A stretch of DNA of 64,000 nt from Eledone cirrhosa (lineage: Eukaryota). Positions within the stretch are counted from its first letter, which is position 1; each line of letters starts with the position of its first letter. Under the pieces are notes generated by a model. That model saw only the letters and a list, made by a program, of their open reading frames with translations, searched no databases and had not been told where the DNA came from. Positions 40,887 through 56,751 of this stretch are shown piece after piece. The position numbers were made by a program, and so were the translations under genes. The DNA lies in contig OZ024763.1 of NCBI GenBank assembly GCA_964016885.1, positions 28,086,001 to 28,150,000 of the forward strand, in the 5' to 3' direction.

Positions 40887-42136
40887 ACTACATCCCTGTA
40901 TTCAATCGTTTAACGAACGTAATGTACCCCACCTGGCATCTACCCGACGAGGGGAACCACACAAGATAAACTTGTCAGCGGGTACCCCTTCCTTCCTTCT
41001 TTTCTTTCTTGCTTCCTTTTCCTTTCTCTTTATCTCTTAAGTTATTTCTTATTCTGGAAGGAAGGTTCTTGTCTCTCGACAACCGTCATCACATTACACA
41101 TCATCATCATCATCATCATCACATTACACATCATCATCATCATCATCATCATTATCATTATCGTTATATCCATCATCATTATCATTATCGGTATCGTTAT
41201 ATCCATCATCACCATCATCATCATCATTAACATTATCACCATTAGTAGCTCACTATACTTACCCCCCCCCCGCCCCCGCAGCCAGCACCAATATCATCAT
41301 CATCCTCTTTTCTATTATTAACACTACTAGCAGCATCATTATCCTTATCCGCCCCACCACCACCACCATCACCATCACCACTAGTAACACCGCTATCGTT
41401 ATCCCCACCGTCACTATCATCATCACTACTACTAATCACCAACACTCCACTCCATTCAGCAAGTCACCTTTTCCTCCACCACCAATGTAACTACCACCAA
41501 CCAGCACTCCACTCCACTCCACTTAGCGAGTCACATTTTCCTCCACAACCAAGACCACACCACCACCTGCACTACAAGTGCAACTACCATCAACGGTGAG
41601 TGACGAGCCCAGCCAACACTCCACTCCACCACCACCAACAGCGATGTGACCAACCAACACTCCACTCCACTTAGCGAGTCTCCTCCACCATGAAGACTAA
41701 CCCACGCCACCACTACCACCAACAGCGATGTGACCAACCAACACTCCACTCCACTCCACTTAGCGAGTCCCCTCCACCATGAAGACTAACCCACGGCACC
41801 ACTACCCCCAAAAACAAACCACACCAACGTGTCTACTCGACCAGCCAACACTCCACTCAGGAGGGGAGCCGCCGTTTCCACCTCCACAAAAACCACACCA
41901 CACCACCACCACCACCACCACCACCAATGCAACTACTTGTTCTGCTACTACTGCTGTTGCTGTTAACGACCATTATCAATAATTAGCAACATTATCATTA
42001 TGTCACACAGTCAGTTTCGGTTCTCTAACAGCAGACACCATTTCTAATGATGTCAGCCATTCACATTGGATACACAACACAGAGTATGGGGATTGGTAAG
42101 AGGAGGATGTGTATATATATATACACATATATATAT

Positions 42137-42174
<38 letters not shown>

Positions 42175-42175
<1 letters not shown>

Positions 42176-42217
42176 ACCCATGCTAGCGTGGAAGATAGAC
42201 GTTAATCGATGATGATG

Positions 42218-42219
<2 letters not shown>
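42175..42219 (+). mobile_element. Retroposon 3'-tail fragment ending in (GAT)n
   Basis: aacccatgctagcgtggaagatagacgttaatcgatgatgatg resembles RTE-type SINE/LINE tails. Confidence 0.45.
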
Positions 42220-42248
<29 letters not shown>

Positions 42249-42741
42249 CACCTATACAGAAGTACATACACACATACTCACGCACACAAACACACACATT
42301 ATATGAATATATATATATATATGGTGGCTGCCAACTCGTTTTCGAGTACGGCCACTACTTTATATCCATGTAGGAGAACCCCTACCGATGCGCTGAACGA
42401 GTGTGACTTTTTAGTCCAGCCAGCGACTTGAAAACTCTGGTACAAACACTACACTTGTGACAATTATTGACACATAGTGCTGGGCCCATGGTACCATGTG
42501 ACGACAAGTGCAGAGAGATCTCCAGATATAAAGCAATGCCTGTGCCGTGAAGCTTTTATAGTGAGCAAAGGCACTGCACAAAGCCAGTCCCACTCTCTTA
42601 ACCAAGATGATATTTACCAAAAAGAAGAACAAGTCAACATCATTGGATACCATCAGGGTTGCAGATGTTATATCAGAGTTTTCCTTCTCCTAGAATTCTG
42701 CCTTGACAAAGGCTAAGGGGTCATCTCTCCCGTATATATAT

Positions 42742-42837
<96 letters not shown>

Positions 42838-43230
42838 TGTGTGTGTGTGTGTGTGAGAGACAAGATCCCACACCACATCCACTTGGTGAGTGTGAAGGGA
42901 ACTCGTCAAATGGGACCAAGGAAACAATGTATAGATCCATCCTTACAGAAAAAAAAATTATCTATATATATATATATATATAGGTGCTATATATATTTAA
43001 GGTGCTTCTACGAGATCCTAAATCTTTTAATTTTTACTTTTAATGCGTAAATTATATATTATCTAATTTTTAACCTTAAATCCCTGACCCCGACAACTAA
43101 TATAAAAGAGCCCCCTTAGAATATAGACCCCAAATATACAAACGGAGCTGCGGATGTCTACCACAATTTCAAACTGCTAGTCTTGAGTGATACGTTGATG
43201 TAAATAATGATCTTACAATCACATGTTATA

Positions 43231-43277
43231 TGCCTTGAAAAGTCCCACTATATGGTCGGACGAAACGGCTGTCGGCA
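43231..43277 (+). ncRNA. Degenerate type I hammerhead motif (singleton)
   Basis: TGCC-TTGAAAA-gtcc cactatatggtc ggac-GAAA-CGGCTG-TC-GGCA. Two core mutations, but all three stems and the GUC site are intact. Confidence 0.55.
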
Positions 43278-43321
43278 ATAAACTTGTTATAATGTCATAA
43301 TAGTTCCTTTGTTCTTTTTCA

Positions 43322-43388
<67 letters not shown>

Positions 43389-43452
43389 AAGAAAAACTTG
43401 AACCGTTAAGGTATTTTTCTTGGTTATGTCAACATTTATAAAAGAAACTTTG

Positions 43453-43513
43453 TATTTTATCTGATGAAAGCGTACCAAAGTTTTGGTACCCTGGAAATAT
43501 ATATAATAGAATA
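43453..43513 (+). ncRNA. Type I hammerhead ribozyme motif, family B
   Basis: TATTTTAT-CTGATGA-aagcgtaccaaagttttggtaccctg-GAAA-TATATA-TA-ATAGAATA. Confidence 0.75.
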
Positions 43514-44989
43514 AATATGGTTTTATAAATATAATTTCCATTTATTTAATATCATTGAATATTATACTCCAGAAAACTCGTCGAGTGCTCTAAATCAGTT
43601 TTAAACATTTATATTTCTTGAATTACCAACAAATTGAATATCCCTTTTGCTTATATATATATATACAGTAAATCTTTCCGCAAGGAGTACTTGGGTAGAC
43701 AAGACAATTCTGTACATCAGCAGTGACACTAACATAGCGTGATTCATAATGAAGCCATATACGATATGTATATTTATTACATAGATATATAAATCTCTTG
43801 AAAAAGGTTTGCTGAACACACAAAGCCGAAACCGCTTGGCGCCGCGGTCATGTTACACATCTCGATATAATAGTCTCGCTATTGGAATTTTAAGCTGTGA
43901 TCACGTCACAGCTTCCTCAGTAGCGGTGTGATTTTGACAACATGGCCACAGCGAGATTTTATGTGATTTTGTACGATACATAAATACAACGTATATGTTT
44001 TCATATAAGCTTCCAAACTAGTCAGTATTATATTTTGGTCACGAAATCCCGCCGAGGTTAACTTTACCTTTCATCCTTACGGGATCGCTAAAAGAAAGTA
44101 CCAGTAATACACTGGGATAATTGCTCGCCTTGTGCTAAAAAGTAGAAACAACTATATTTTGGTCACGTTAAATAAGTCATTGCATTAGTAATAGTAGTAG
44201 TAGTAGTAGTAGTGGTGGTAGTGGTGGTAGCAGTAGTAGCAATAGTAGTAGTAGTAGTAGTAACAGCAGTATTCATAGTAGCAATACTACTACTACTACT
44301 ACTACTACTACAATTAGTAGCAGCAGTAGTAGCAATAGTAGTAGTAGTAGTAACAGCAGTATTCATAGTAGCAATACTACTACTACTACTACAATTAGTA
44401 GCAGCAGTAGTAGTAGCTGTTGTAGTAGCAGTAGTAGTTGGAGTAGCAGTAGCAGCCATATTAGTAGTAGACGCAGTAGTAGTAGTGGCAATAGTAGTAG
44501 TAGTAATAACAGCAGTATTCATAGTAGCAATACTACTACTACTACTACAATTAGTAGCAGCAGTAGTAGCTGTTGTAGTAGCAGTAGTAGTTGGAGTAGC
44601 AGTAGCAGCCATATTAGTAGTAGAAGCAGTAGTGGCAATAGTAGTAGTAGTAGTAGTAACAGCAGTATTCATAGTAGCAATACTACTACTACTACTAGTA
44701 GTAGTAGTAATAGTAGCAGTAGTAGTAGTGGCAATAATCGTAATAGTAGTAGCAGTAGTAGTCATAGGTGGGAAGTGGTAGGAGTAGGAGGGTGTGAATT
44801 GATAAGTGCTGAGCGTATCAAGTGACTTTCACACCATCATGGCCGGTCTATGTTTGATGTTTTCCAAGCCTTCTACGGTCGATTGACGTTCGTCTTCCCC
44901 ACACCCCACTTTCCCCTCCCAGCACAAATCGATAAAAATCATTTCAAGTAGCCGTTGATGACTGTATTAACCTGAGACAGATGTTGATC

Positions 44990-45590
44990 AATAAAGCGGT
45001 CGGTCGTTCTGTCAGATACACATACATACACACAGCTATATTTAATATCCCACCAGCGCTAACATGCTATCTTCAAAGCAGAGCAGGTTGGCAGTGATTT
45101 GAGGGTGTTTTTTTTTAATATATAGATTATTTTTCAGTATATATTTTTGCATGTAGAAAAAGCAGCCTGTCGTTCTGTCAGACGTACATACACACAGCTA
45201 TATTTTATACCCAGTCAGCTCTAACACGCTATCTTCAAAGCGGAGCAGGTTGGCAGTGATTTTAGGGGCTTTTATATATCGATATTATTTTTGAGCATAT
45301 ATTTTTGCATGTAGAAAAAGCGGTCTGTCGTTCTGTCAGACATACATACACATACATACACACAGCTATATTTTATATCTAACCAACGTTAACATGCTAT
45401 CTTCAAAGCAGAGCAGGTTGGCAGTAATTTGAGTTTTTTTTTAATATATAGATATTATTTTTTGGTATATATTTTTGCATGTAGAAAAAGGGGTCTGTCG
45501 TTCTGTCAGACATACACAGACATTCATACACACAGCTATATTTTATATCCAACCAGCGCTAACACGTTATCTTAAGAACAGAGCTGATTG
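44990..45590. repeat. ~160-170-bp tandem repeat, four copies
   Basis: gtcgttctgtcagacatacatacacacagctatatt...gctatcttcaaagcagagcaggttggcagt. Confidence 0.85.
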
Positions 45591-46415
45591 ACTTGACGGT
45601 GACTTTCTGGCTTTTATGTATAGGAATTATTTTTTAATATATAATTTTGCATGTGGAAAGGAGGGTTGAGATAAATGATGAAATACAACAACCATATGGA
45701 CACAAAATAGGGAGGGAAAATAACAGAGGAGGACCGAGAATCCTAAATATAGAGGATTATTTGTACTTTTATATAGAGCATTGAGAAGGCAAATATAAAT
45801 ATATAACAAACACCTGAAATAGAACATTTGTACAAACACAGATATAGGCAAGAATACGACTCTCCCTGAATAATAACAAGGATAATAGTTTCTAATTTAG
45901 GTATGGCCAACAATTTTAGGGGAGGGAAAAGTCGATTAAATCGATTAAATCGACCCCAGTGTATTACTGGTACTTTATTTTATCGACCCCGTAAGGATGA
46001 AAGGCAAAGTTAACCTCGGTGGGATTTGAACTCAGAGCTTAAAGGTGCGTAACTCTATGCTGCAAAGCATGTTGTCTGAAGCTCTACCCATAACAACAAC
46101 AATAATAATAATAATAATAATAACAAGAACAACATAAAATGGAAAAATAAGTATCAAAAATACACATTTGTTATTTTTTTTTTAAGTTGAAGAATTTTTT
46201 TCAAATTGTTTCCGTGAGGAAAATCACATTAGGAATTGTGGAAGGTTTCTTTTTTTTTAAACGTAACTGAAAAACTATTTATAATACAGGTTGTCCCCGA
46301 AAAATGTATACACGCTGCAACAGTTAATTTTAACCCGTTGATTTACACATCTTGTTTTATATCTATCTATCTTAATATATGCATGCACAGTGAGGAAAGA
46401 ATATGGTGTACTTAC

Positions 46416-47082
46416 TGACGCATTTTGTTCCGTTGATACCCTGATAACCTGGTAGACATTTACAGCTGCCCATAATAATATCCCAACTGCCGTCGCTTCG
46501 ACAAACGTACGTTGGGTTCGACTCCTCGACAGCGTTGCTAACACACACCCCTTTCTTTCGCACCAGAGATGAGGCGAATGGTCCAGTCGGGGTTTCCATG
46601 AAGAAAGCGTAGTGAACAGTAACGTTCGGACAGCTGACATAAAAAATCCGCACGGAGAGCAACGTGATGCAGGCGCCCGTGTCTTGGAAGGCGAAATACA
46701 CTCCTTTTCGTTTGATAGTGACGTGCTTCGTCTCGTTATTAACCTCCACCTTACGTGGTTGTACATAAAGTGTATCTGCAGCGATCGTGTCTATCTTCGA
46801 ATAGACATTCGGCTCCCATGTTGGCATCTGGTGGTTGGCGAAATCAGATTCGGCCTCGTAGTAATAGAGATTAAACGTCTCCTTGCATTGTTGCAAGCTG
46901 CTCGGGTCGTTGTGCCGAATACACTTGCGCATCGTGAAAGTCATCTCTATGTGGAGCCGTTCGGCGTCGCCGCGTTCAATGTACGGCGTCCGCAACCAAT
47001 TATTAATGTTCGGAGATGTTACGTAACAGGAAGAATAAGCCTGCACCGTTTCGCCTGCATAACTGCTGCTACCCAGCAACCA
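46416..47082 (-). CDS. Eph: Internal coding exon of an Eph receptor tyrosine kinase (most of the ephrin ligand-binding domain plus the cysteine-rich/sushi region)
   Basis: Translation WLLGSSSY...NNWLRTPYIERGDAERLHIEMTFTMRKC...CKETFNLYYYE...KIDTIAAD...KGVYFAFQDTGACITLLSVRIFYVSCP...C...C.SDGSW...CKCLPGY carries the hallmark Eph motifs. The acceptor is ttttcccccctctag|TGG (phase 0) and the donor is GTCA|gtaagt (phase 1). The 667-nt size and phases match the conserved large Eph exon 3. Confidence 0.96.
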
Positions 47083-47311
47083 CTAGAGGGGGGAAAAACA
47101 AAAGAAAAGAGAATATTAAATTTAAAGATGACAAGGATAATAAAATATAGAACTACTAATACAAATAATAATGGCTTCATTTATTGGCCACAAGGGCCGG
47201 CATATAGGGGACAACAAGAAAATAGGGACAGCGGGGGTGTACAATAATAATAACAATTATAATAACAATTATAAATGCAAAGGGCATAACTCCGTGTCAA
47301 TTCGATAAGAG

Positions 47312-47376
<65 letters not shown>

Positions 47377-47896
47377 CATATATACATATATATATATACA
47401 TATATATATATACATATATATATATACATATATACATATACATATATACATATATACATATACATACATATACATATATATACATATATACATATACATA
47501 CATATATATATATATATATACATACATATACATATACATATATATATATATATATACATATATACATATACATACATATACATATACATATATACATATA
47601 CATACATATACATATATATATATATATATACATATATACATATATATATACATATATACATATATACATATACATACATATACATATATATATATACATA
47701 TATACATATATATATACATATATACATATATACATATACATACATATACATATATATATATACATATATACATATACATATATATATATACATATATACA
47801 TATACATATATATATATACATATATACATATACATATATATATACATATACACACATATATACATATACATACATATACACACATATATACATATA

Positions 47897-47930
<34 letters not shown>

Positions 47931-48043
47931 TACATATACATACGTATACATACATACATATACATACATATATATATATACATATACATACATATACATA
48001 TATATAAGCAATGTTCTCTCTGATCGAGACGAAGCGACAGTGT

Positions 48044-48105
<62 letters not shown>

Positions 48106-48185
48106 TCCAAGTTAAAACAATAATAATAATAATAATAATATTAATCACAATGATAATCACCCGCATGAAATTTATTAGCGGCAAC

Positions 48186-48232
<47 letters not shown>

Positions 48233-48382
48233 ACAAGCATGTATAATTTGGTCATCTACATTTGAAAGGGGGGGCCGAGATCACAAAAATTGCAATCACT
48301 ATATTGGGTCAAGTATGAAATTTGTAGAAAAAAACATGGCTATATGCCTCGCTACAAATTTCATACTTTACGACCCAATATC

Positions 48383-48418
<36 letters not shown>

Positions 48419-49517
48419 GTGCGGGTGTTTGTGTGTGTCTATGTGTGTGAGTGTGTGTAATAAAACTGCTTGTGTATCTTCATAGGTGTCTTTTTTTACT
48501 AAATATTCTAGAAGCGAAGTTAGCGTTCGTACTTGCCATCTCGATCACAGAATGTGAATATGTATGTGTGTGTGTGTCGTGGGAGGGGGAGTGTGAAGAT
48601 GCATAGATTAGTGGTTAGGGTATCATCCTCGGGTCATCTACGTTGGGAATTCGATTTCTGGTGGGGGGAGGAGGATCATGTGCATCGGGTTTGTTACGTT
48701 CATTCTCCTAGAGAACGACATAAAGTGTGCACGTGAATGTGGAATGCACAGTCACTTGCATATCAATTTGACAAGCGTTGTTAAAAAACTGTAATGCTCA
48801 CCGTCGAAACCGACGGAAATCCAACATTGGCAGTATTGGTAGAGGGTCAGACGCCATGCTTTGACGCATAGAGTTACGGCCCTTTTCATTCTGAATTCAA
48901 ATGCCGCCGAGGTTAACTTTGCCTTTCATCCTTACGGGGTCGATAAAATAAAGTACCAGTAATGCACTGGTTAATTGCTGGCCTTGTGCCAAAAGTCGAA
49001 ACTCTAAAATATTATATACGCAAGAGAAGTTAGCGTTCGTACTTGTAGAGATAATGAATATACACGCAAAGGAAGTTAGCGTTTCGTACTTCCTATACAA
49101 TAGCGATATGTGCGTATATGTGTGTATATCTTAGGCGTGCGTTGGTGTAACAGAGAAGAAGGGGGATAAGAGTCTGCTTGGGAGGGGAAAGTAAGGAAGA
49201 GGATGTAAGTATAATGGTGGGGACGGCGTGGGTGTAGGTTAAGGGGTGAGTGAGTGAGGGTGGGGTGAAAGATAAACGAAATAAATCTTTATGTAAGAGA
49301 GTTCGTTCACACGTGTTAAACGTTAAACGAGTTAGTCTTATGGAATATATATATATATTGTGTATATATATATTTGTATTATTTATGTATTTATATATCT
49401 CTCTCTTTTTCTCTCTCTCTCTCACTCTCTCTCTCTATATATATATATATATTTGTATTATATATATATATATATATATATGTATTTGTATTATATATAT
49501 ATATATATATATATTTG

Positions 49518-49552
<35 letters not shown>

Positions 49553-50006
49553 GTGTATATATATTTATATATGTGTGTATATATATATTATATATATATA
49601 TATATATATACATTATATATATACATTCAAACATATATATACATCTGATATATATTATCTACTCATATATACACATTCCATATTATATACTACGTACTAA
49701 TATGGCCCCTATGGGGGGAAGATATCAAAATATTCACTTTTAATGGCTACCCCCCGCAGACCTTTTCTCACTCACTTTCCCTCTATAGAAAGAAAAGGTA
49801 GAACGAGGGTAAGGTTTGGAGAGTGGTGGTGCTTGTTCTCGTTTGATTTAACGAGAAACAAATTACTGTAAGCAACAATAACATCAACAACAAATGCAAT
49901 AAGTCCTAACAATATTTAATAGAGATGTTTGATGATATATATATATATATAAATATATATATATATACACACATTTATATATATACATATATATATATAT
50001 ATACAC

Positions 50007-50057
<51 letters not shown>

Positions 50058-50148
50058 CACATATATATATATATATATATATATACAAACACATATATAT
50101 ATACATATATATACAAACACATATATATATACATATATATATATATAC

Positions 50149-50179
<31 letters not shown>

Positions 50180-50186
50180 CAAACAC

Positions 50187-50217
<31 letters not shown>

Positions 50218-50270
50218 CAAACACATATATATATACATATATATATATATACAAACACATATATATATAC

Positions 50271-50301
<31 letters not shown>

Positions 50302-50404
50302 CACATATACATATATATATACACATATATATATACATATATATACACATATATATATACATATATATATATATATACAAACACATATATATATACATAT
50401 ATAC

Positions 50405-50435
<31 letters not shown>

Positions 50436-50442
50436 CAAACAC

Positions 50443-50495
<53 letters not shown>

Positions 50496-50624
50496 CATGG
50501 TGTCCCCAGCAATGTATACATACTTTGATTACCTGCAAAGGCAATATTTATTAGAATTCTGTTGAAGTGTGCATACCCTTCGGGACAGCCTTTATATCTA
50601 TACATACATCTCTCTCTCTCTCTC

Positions 50625-50698
<74 letters not shown>

Positions 50699-50742
50699 GA
50701 TAGATAGATAGAGAGTTCAGCCGTGGGGGTCCTGACTATTTT

Positions 50743-50780
<38 letters not shown>

Positions 50781-50849
50781 TACACTCTACCAATGTATTG
50801 TGTATGGTTTTTTTTAACTGAGGTTACTCCCCGAAACAACTCGGAAATC

Positions 50850-50891
<42 letters not shown>

Positions 50892-51365
50892 GTGTGTGTT
50901 TTTTTGTATGTGCCTGTGAGGGTGTTCGCGCACAATCTCACACAGATTATGTCTTAATGTTTTCCTCTTCTTTAGAGTAACCCTCGGAGGTTTCCCCCCT
51001 ATTGGTGAATTTTTGATTGTTTCAATTTTCATTTTTATTGTTTATATATATATATGCTTCTATGTCTTTTTTTTCTTTTCTTATATAAACAATAAAAATA
51101 TTTACACAGCACAAAACCCACATCGTACCGTCCTGTGCCGTCTGTAATGTTCTTTTTATGTCAGCCCTTGTGGCCAATAAAGAAATCATTATCATCATCA
51201 TCATCATCATTATTATTATCATCATCATCATCATCACCTAGTTTTACATTGATACTAAGAAAATAGCAGTAACATATTTAGACAGAAAGGAGCGAAATGA
51301 ACACAGTACGAATAGCAACATGAATAATGATATTAATAACAACAACAGCAACAACAACAACAATC

Positions 51366-51402
<37 letters not shown>

Positions 51403-52069
51403 TAGCTACAGCAACAAGTACAACAACAATCATCACCTCTTCAATATTTCCTGTCAAAGTTATATCCGACCAAATTACTTTTAATTTCACGCTTGCTTCA
51501 CATTGAAATAATAAAAGACACTAGTAGTTATGTACAATTAGGTATGTTTATGGGAATGGTGGAACAACATCTTAGAATGTATAAAGTATATAAAGTATAC
51601 AATCTAAACTATAATAAAGTAAGGAGTGCGGGACTGCTTACGGTTTATAATTTGTTTATCCCATTAGTAAAATAAGTTGGATTACTTTGAATAAATAATG
51701 AATGAATATTACATAATTTATCTACTAAATTTCGTGGCTGTTCATTAAATATATTTTATTACTTATTTAAAGATTCACTTCCTTAAAATTTTCAAATGTC
51801 AACACTTCCTGTTAGCGATCGCTTAAGTAAACATTCATATATTTTCGTCACTAATTTTCTCCTAATGCAGTTTATAAATAATATCGTCTTTTTTACATGT
51901 ATCATGGATTACGTTACTGATTACATAAGACAGTGTAACGCAGTCTTGGTTCAGTTTCTGTGTATATTGTCAATTACGGTTGTATTTGATGTATCATATC
52001 TACATGTATATATACCTGCGTATAATATCAATATAAACACTACACATGGTAGCAGAAAACCGCCCGAAA

Positions 52070-52118
52070 TATATATTAAATATATATATATATTATATAT
52101 ATATTATATATATTATAT

Positions 52119-52151
<33 letters not shown>

Positions 52152-52210
52152 TTTTATATATATATATATATATATTTTTATATATATATATTATATATAT
52201 ATTATATATA

Positions 52211-52251
<41 letters not shown>

Positions 52252-52283
52252 TATATATATATATTATATATATATTATATATA

Positions 52284-52330
<47 letters not shown>

Positions 52331-52374
52331 TATATATATATATATATTTTTATATATATATATTATATATATAT

Positions 52375-52408
<34 letters not shown>

Positions 52409-52542
52409 ATATTATATATATTATATATATATATATTATATATATATATATTATATATATATATATTATATATATTATATATATATATTATATATATATA
52501 TATATATTATATATATTATATATATATATATATTATATATAT

Positions 52543-52595
<53 letters not shown>

Positions 52596-52742
52596 ATATA
52601 TATTATATATATATATATATATATATTTTTATATATATATATATATTTTTATATATATATATATATTATATATATATTAAATATATATATATATTATATA
52701 TATATTATATATTATATATATATTATATATATATATATATTA

Positions 52743-52795
<53 letters not shown>

Positions 52796-52919
52796 ATATT
52801 ATATATATATATATTATATATATATATTATATATATATTATATATATATTATGTTATATATATATATTATATATATATTATGTTATATATATATTATATA
52901 TATATATATTATATATATA

Positions 52920-53003
<84 letters not shown>

Positions 53004-53075
53004 ATATTATATATATATATATTATATATATATATATTATATATATATATATTATATATATATATTTTATATATA
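52070..53075. repeat. ~1-kb interrupted (TA)n tract, representative of many (TA)n, (CA)n, (GA)n, (TAG)n, (CAC)n, (GAA)n and (GATA)n microsatellites in the window
   Basis: Directly visible. These tracts explain nearly all the low-complexity ORFs in the track. Confidence 0.95.
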
Positions 53076-53198
53076 TGTAGGAGGTGAGTTTTATTGTAGC
53101 ACAATAAAGCAATGCAAATATCGGATAAGTAGCACTCTACAGTTTGTAGGACTGGAGTATAAATAATATAAGATTAACTTATTAAATTAACCATATTT

Positions 53199-53259
<61 letters not shown>

Positions 53260-53507
53260 TATCTGTGTGTGTCTGTTGTACGTGGAGAATGTATATATAT
53301 ATGATTGCATATATATGTGTGTGTGTGTTTGTATGTGTTTGTGTGTGTGTGCCTGTGTGCGCGTATATATGTGTGGGTGTGTATATGTGTATATATATAT
53401 TTGTGTGTTTGTGTAAGATATATATATGTATGCATATACATATATGTGTGTGTTTGTGTGTGTGTGTGTGCGCGTATATGTGTGGGTGTGTATGTGTGTG
53501 TATATAT

Positions 53508-53565
<58 letters not shown>

Positions 53566-55405
53566 TTCTTTCTGTGTAGCCATCCATCTTATAACATTGC
53601 TCTAGACGTGTCCCTTCCAGTCTGCCTCTCCCTCCTCAAACTTCCCTCATACCATTCCTCATGTCAGTCCTATCTGTCTGCCGTATAACCCCCCTCCTAC
53701 TCACTGTCTCTCTCTCTCTCTCGCTCTTTGCCGATCCCCCCATCACTGACTGTCTCTCTCTCTCCCTGTGTTCCCCATCCCCCCCATCACTGTCTGCCTC
53801 TCTCTCTCTCTCTCTGTGCCGGACCATCCCTCCCCATCACTGTCTGCCTGTCTATCTGTCACCCTCTCTCTCTCTGTGTGTGCCGGTTAAATAGTTGATT
53901 CGGCTCCGCACCAACACCACCACCACCACCACCATCATCAACATACTGCCACCACCGACTCCACCATCATCCACCACACGAACACTACCAACATCACCGC
54001 CATTACCTCCAACTCTAACTACCAATACGCTCTTCGTTGCAACCATAAACACCAACAACAACAACAACAGCACAGCACCATCCCCGCCACTAGCACCACC
54101 TCCAATACTAACTAACAACATCACCACCACCAGCAGCAACAACACCAACAACACCAACAACACCAACAACAAGCCGCTCACACCGACATCACCATCAACA
54201 CCAACATCACCACCACCACCACAAAGCATCACCAGACCACCACCCCCACCACAACACCGCCAACACACTACCACCTCACCACCACCAACACCATACCACC
54301 GCCAACACAGAACCACCACCGTCACCATCAACTATACATCAGCCCCATCAACAACACCACCACCATCACCACACCACTACACCACCACCACCGACACACC
54401 GCCACACCACCACTACCGACACACCGCCACACCACCACCACCACCGGCACACCGCCACACCACCACTACCGACACACCACCACCGACACACGACCACCAC
54501 CGACACACCACCACCAGTCAAAGCCGGCATCAACCCATAGCCGAAAATGAAATTCCAAAATTCTCGGAGATTTTTATGGAACAAGTATGTATATATAGAT
54601 GATGATAGTGGTGGTAGTGGTGGTGTGTTGTTCTGGTGGTGGTGGTGGTGTGTTGTTCTGGTGGTGGTGGTGGTGGTGGTGTGTTGTTCTGGTGGTGGTG
54701 GTGGTGGTGGTGGTGTGTTGTTCTGGTGGTGGTGGTGGTGGTGGTGTGTTGTTCTGGTGGTGGTGGTGGTGGTGGTGTGTTGTTCTGGTGGTGGTGATGA
54801 TGATGATGAGTGATTCAATGGGTGGGAGGGTGTATCAACAGACTGACTGATGGATAGATAGACAGATAACTAGATAGAATGATGAGTGGTGAGTGAGGAA
54901 TGAATGACGAAGCAACAACAAACTTAGAGAGGGGAGAGAGAGATAAGGAGAAGTAAGGGGAATGAGAGGGAGAGAATGAGGGAGCGAGATGGAAAGATTA
55001 TCAGCGAGAGAAAGAGAGTGTGGGAGAGAGAGCATAGGAGAAAGAGTGTGGGAGTGAGAGTGACAGAGAGAATGGGGCGAGGGGGAGAGCGAAAAAAAAT
55101 GAGAGTGAGAAAGAATGGGGGAGAGAGAAAAAAGGAGAGAACGAGAGAGAATGGTAGAGAGAGAGAGAATGGGAGCGAGAGAGAAAAGGAAAGATAGAGA
55201 GAATAGGGGAGAGAGAAACGGAAATTGAGAGAGAAAAGGAGAGAAAGAGAGAATGGGGGAGTGAGAGGAAAGGAAAGAGAGAGAATGGGGGAGAGAGAGG
55301 AATGGAAAGAGAGAGAGAATAGGGGAGAGAGAAAAGGAAAGTGAGAGAGAATGGGGGAGAGAGAGAATGGGGGAGAGAGAGAATGGGATTGGAAGAGAAA
55401 AGAAA

Positions 55406-55457
<52 letters not shown>

Positions 55458-55674
55458 CGAGAGAGGGAGAGAGAGAGATCGGGAGGAAGGGCTGTGTGAA
55501 ATGTATGGATTTCTTTCTGTGTCTATGTTTGTTTAAGATCGGAACAGAGAAGAAAAAGCGGGAGATGTGGCGAAGTGATTGAGGCGGCTATGGTAGCGCG
55601 GGGGACAGTAGTGGCCCCGATGATGACGACGACGATGATGATGATGATGATGATGTTGGTGGTGGCGATGATGA

Positions 55675-55713
<39 letters not shown>

Positions 55714-55862
55714 CAGGGTGGAGGCGCTGGTGTTGGAAAAAGAAAGGATTTTGTCATATAATATATTAAAATAAGCCAAACAGTCATTTTGACCAGATTT
55801 CCAAGTAGACACCGTGTCTGTTAGTCGGAGATTATGAATGTACACACACACACACACACACG

Positions 55863-55901
<39 letters not shown>

Positions 55902-56439
55902 GCATACATGACCATATGCACACACATGTAAACACATTATATACACACACACACAAACAAACACATACATATGTATATGTATATATATAATTCGGAATGC
56001 ATTCAGTTTGAAACTGGTTAGACCATTACTCAACAGAGTACTCAATACTTTGTGTTACAGAGAATGGTTGTATTATAAGAGTAGGGAGGGACCCGACGAC
56101 CGAGCAAAACTTTTCTGAAGTTCAACATACAACTAGGACCACATCATTGACTTGAGGGTCCAAGTTTTGTCGACCTCCCCCGTCCTCCTGGTAGGGGCCC
56201 CAGAAACTGATCTCTGATCTCAAGAACTACGCAACAATCTAAGTCCAACCCATACGGAAGAAGAAGAAGAAGAAGAAGAAGAAGACGAAGGAAGAGGAGA
56301 AGGAGAAGAAGGAGAGGAGGAGAAGTGGAAACAAAGGGGTATGGAAGGAGAGAGAGAGAGAGAGAGATGGAGGGAATGATTTGAGCGATGGCACAGATTT
56401 TCACAGAGTGTGACTTGTTCACCCTGTGTGTATATACGC

Positions 56440-56470
<31 letters not shown>

Positions 56471-56703
56471 TACAGAGTTATATATATATATAGACACACA
56501 CAATTTTATATATATATATTTATATATATGGATGTGTGTGTGTGTGTGTGTGTGTGACTCGAATTGTAAACGAGGGAACCCGACAGACAGACAGGCCAGG
56601 AAAGATTTATCACCTGGTGAAAATCATTACGCGTGTGTGTGTATGTGTGTGGGTACATGGGTGTGTCTGTATGTGTATGTGGATGTGTGTGTACATATAT
56701 ACG

Positions 56704-56751
<48 letters not shown>

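Noticed and set aside
40945-40990. CCGACGA followed by a GC-rich hairpin
   Set aside because: The core is mutated and there is no downstream GAAA or UH, which is insufficient.
46612-47247. 211-aa plus-strand ORF
   Set aside because: Antisense shadow of the Eph exon with no recognisable motif.
53895-54602. Mucin/extensin-like Pro/Thr-rich ORF (also 44163-44765 and 34838-35269)
   Set aside because: Derived from (CAC)n and (TAG)n-type simple repeats with no exon evidence.
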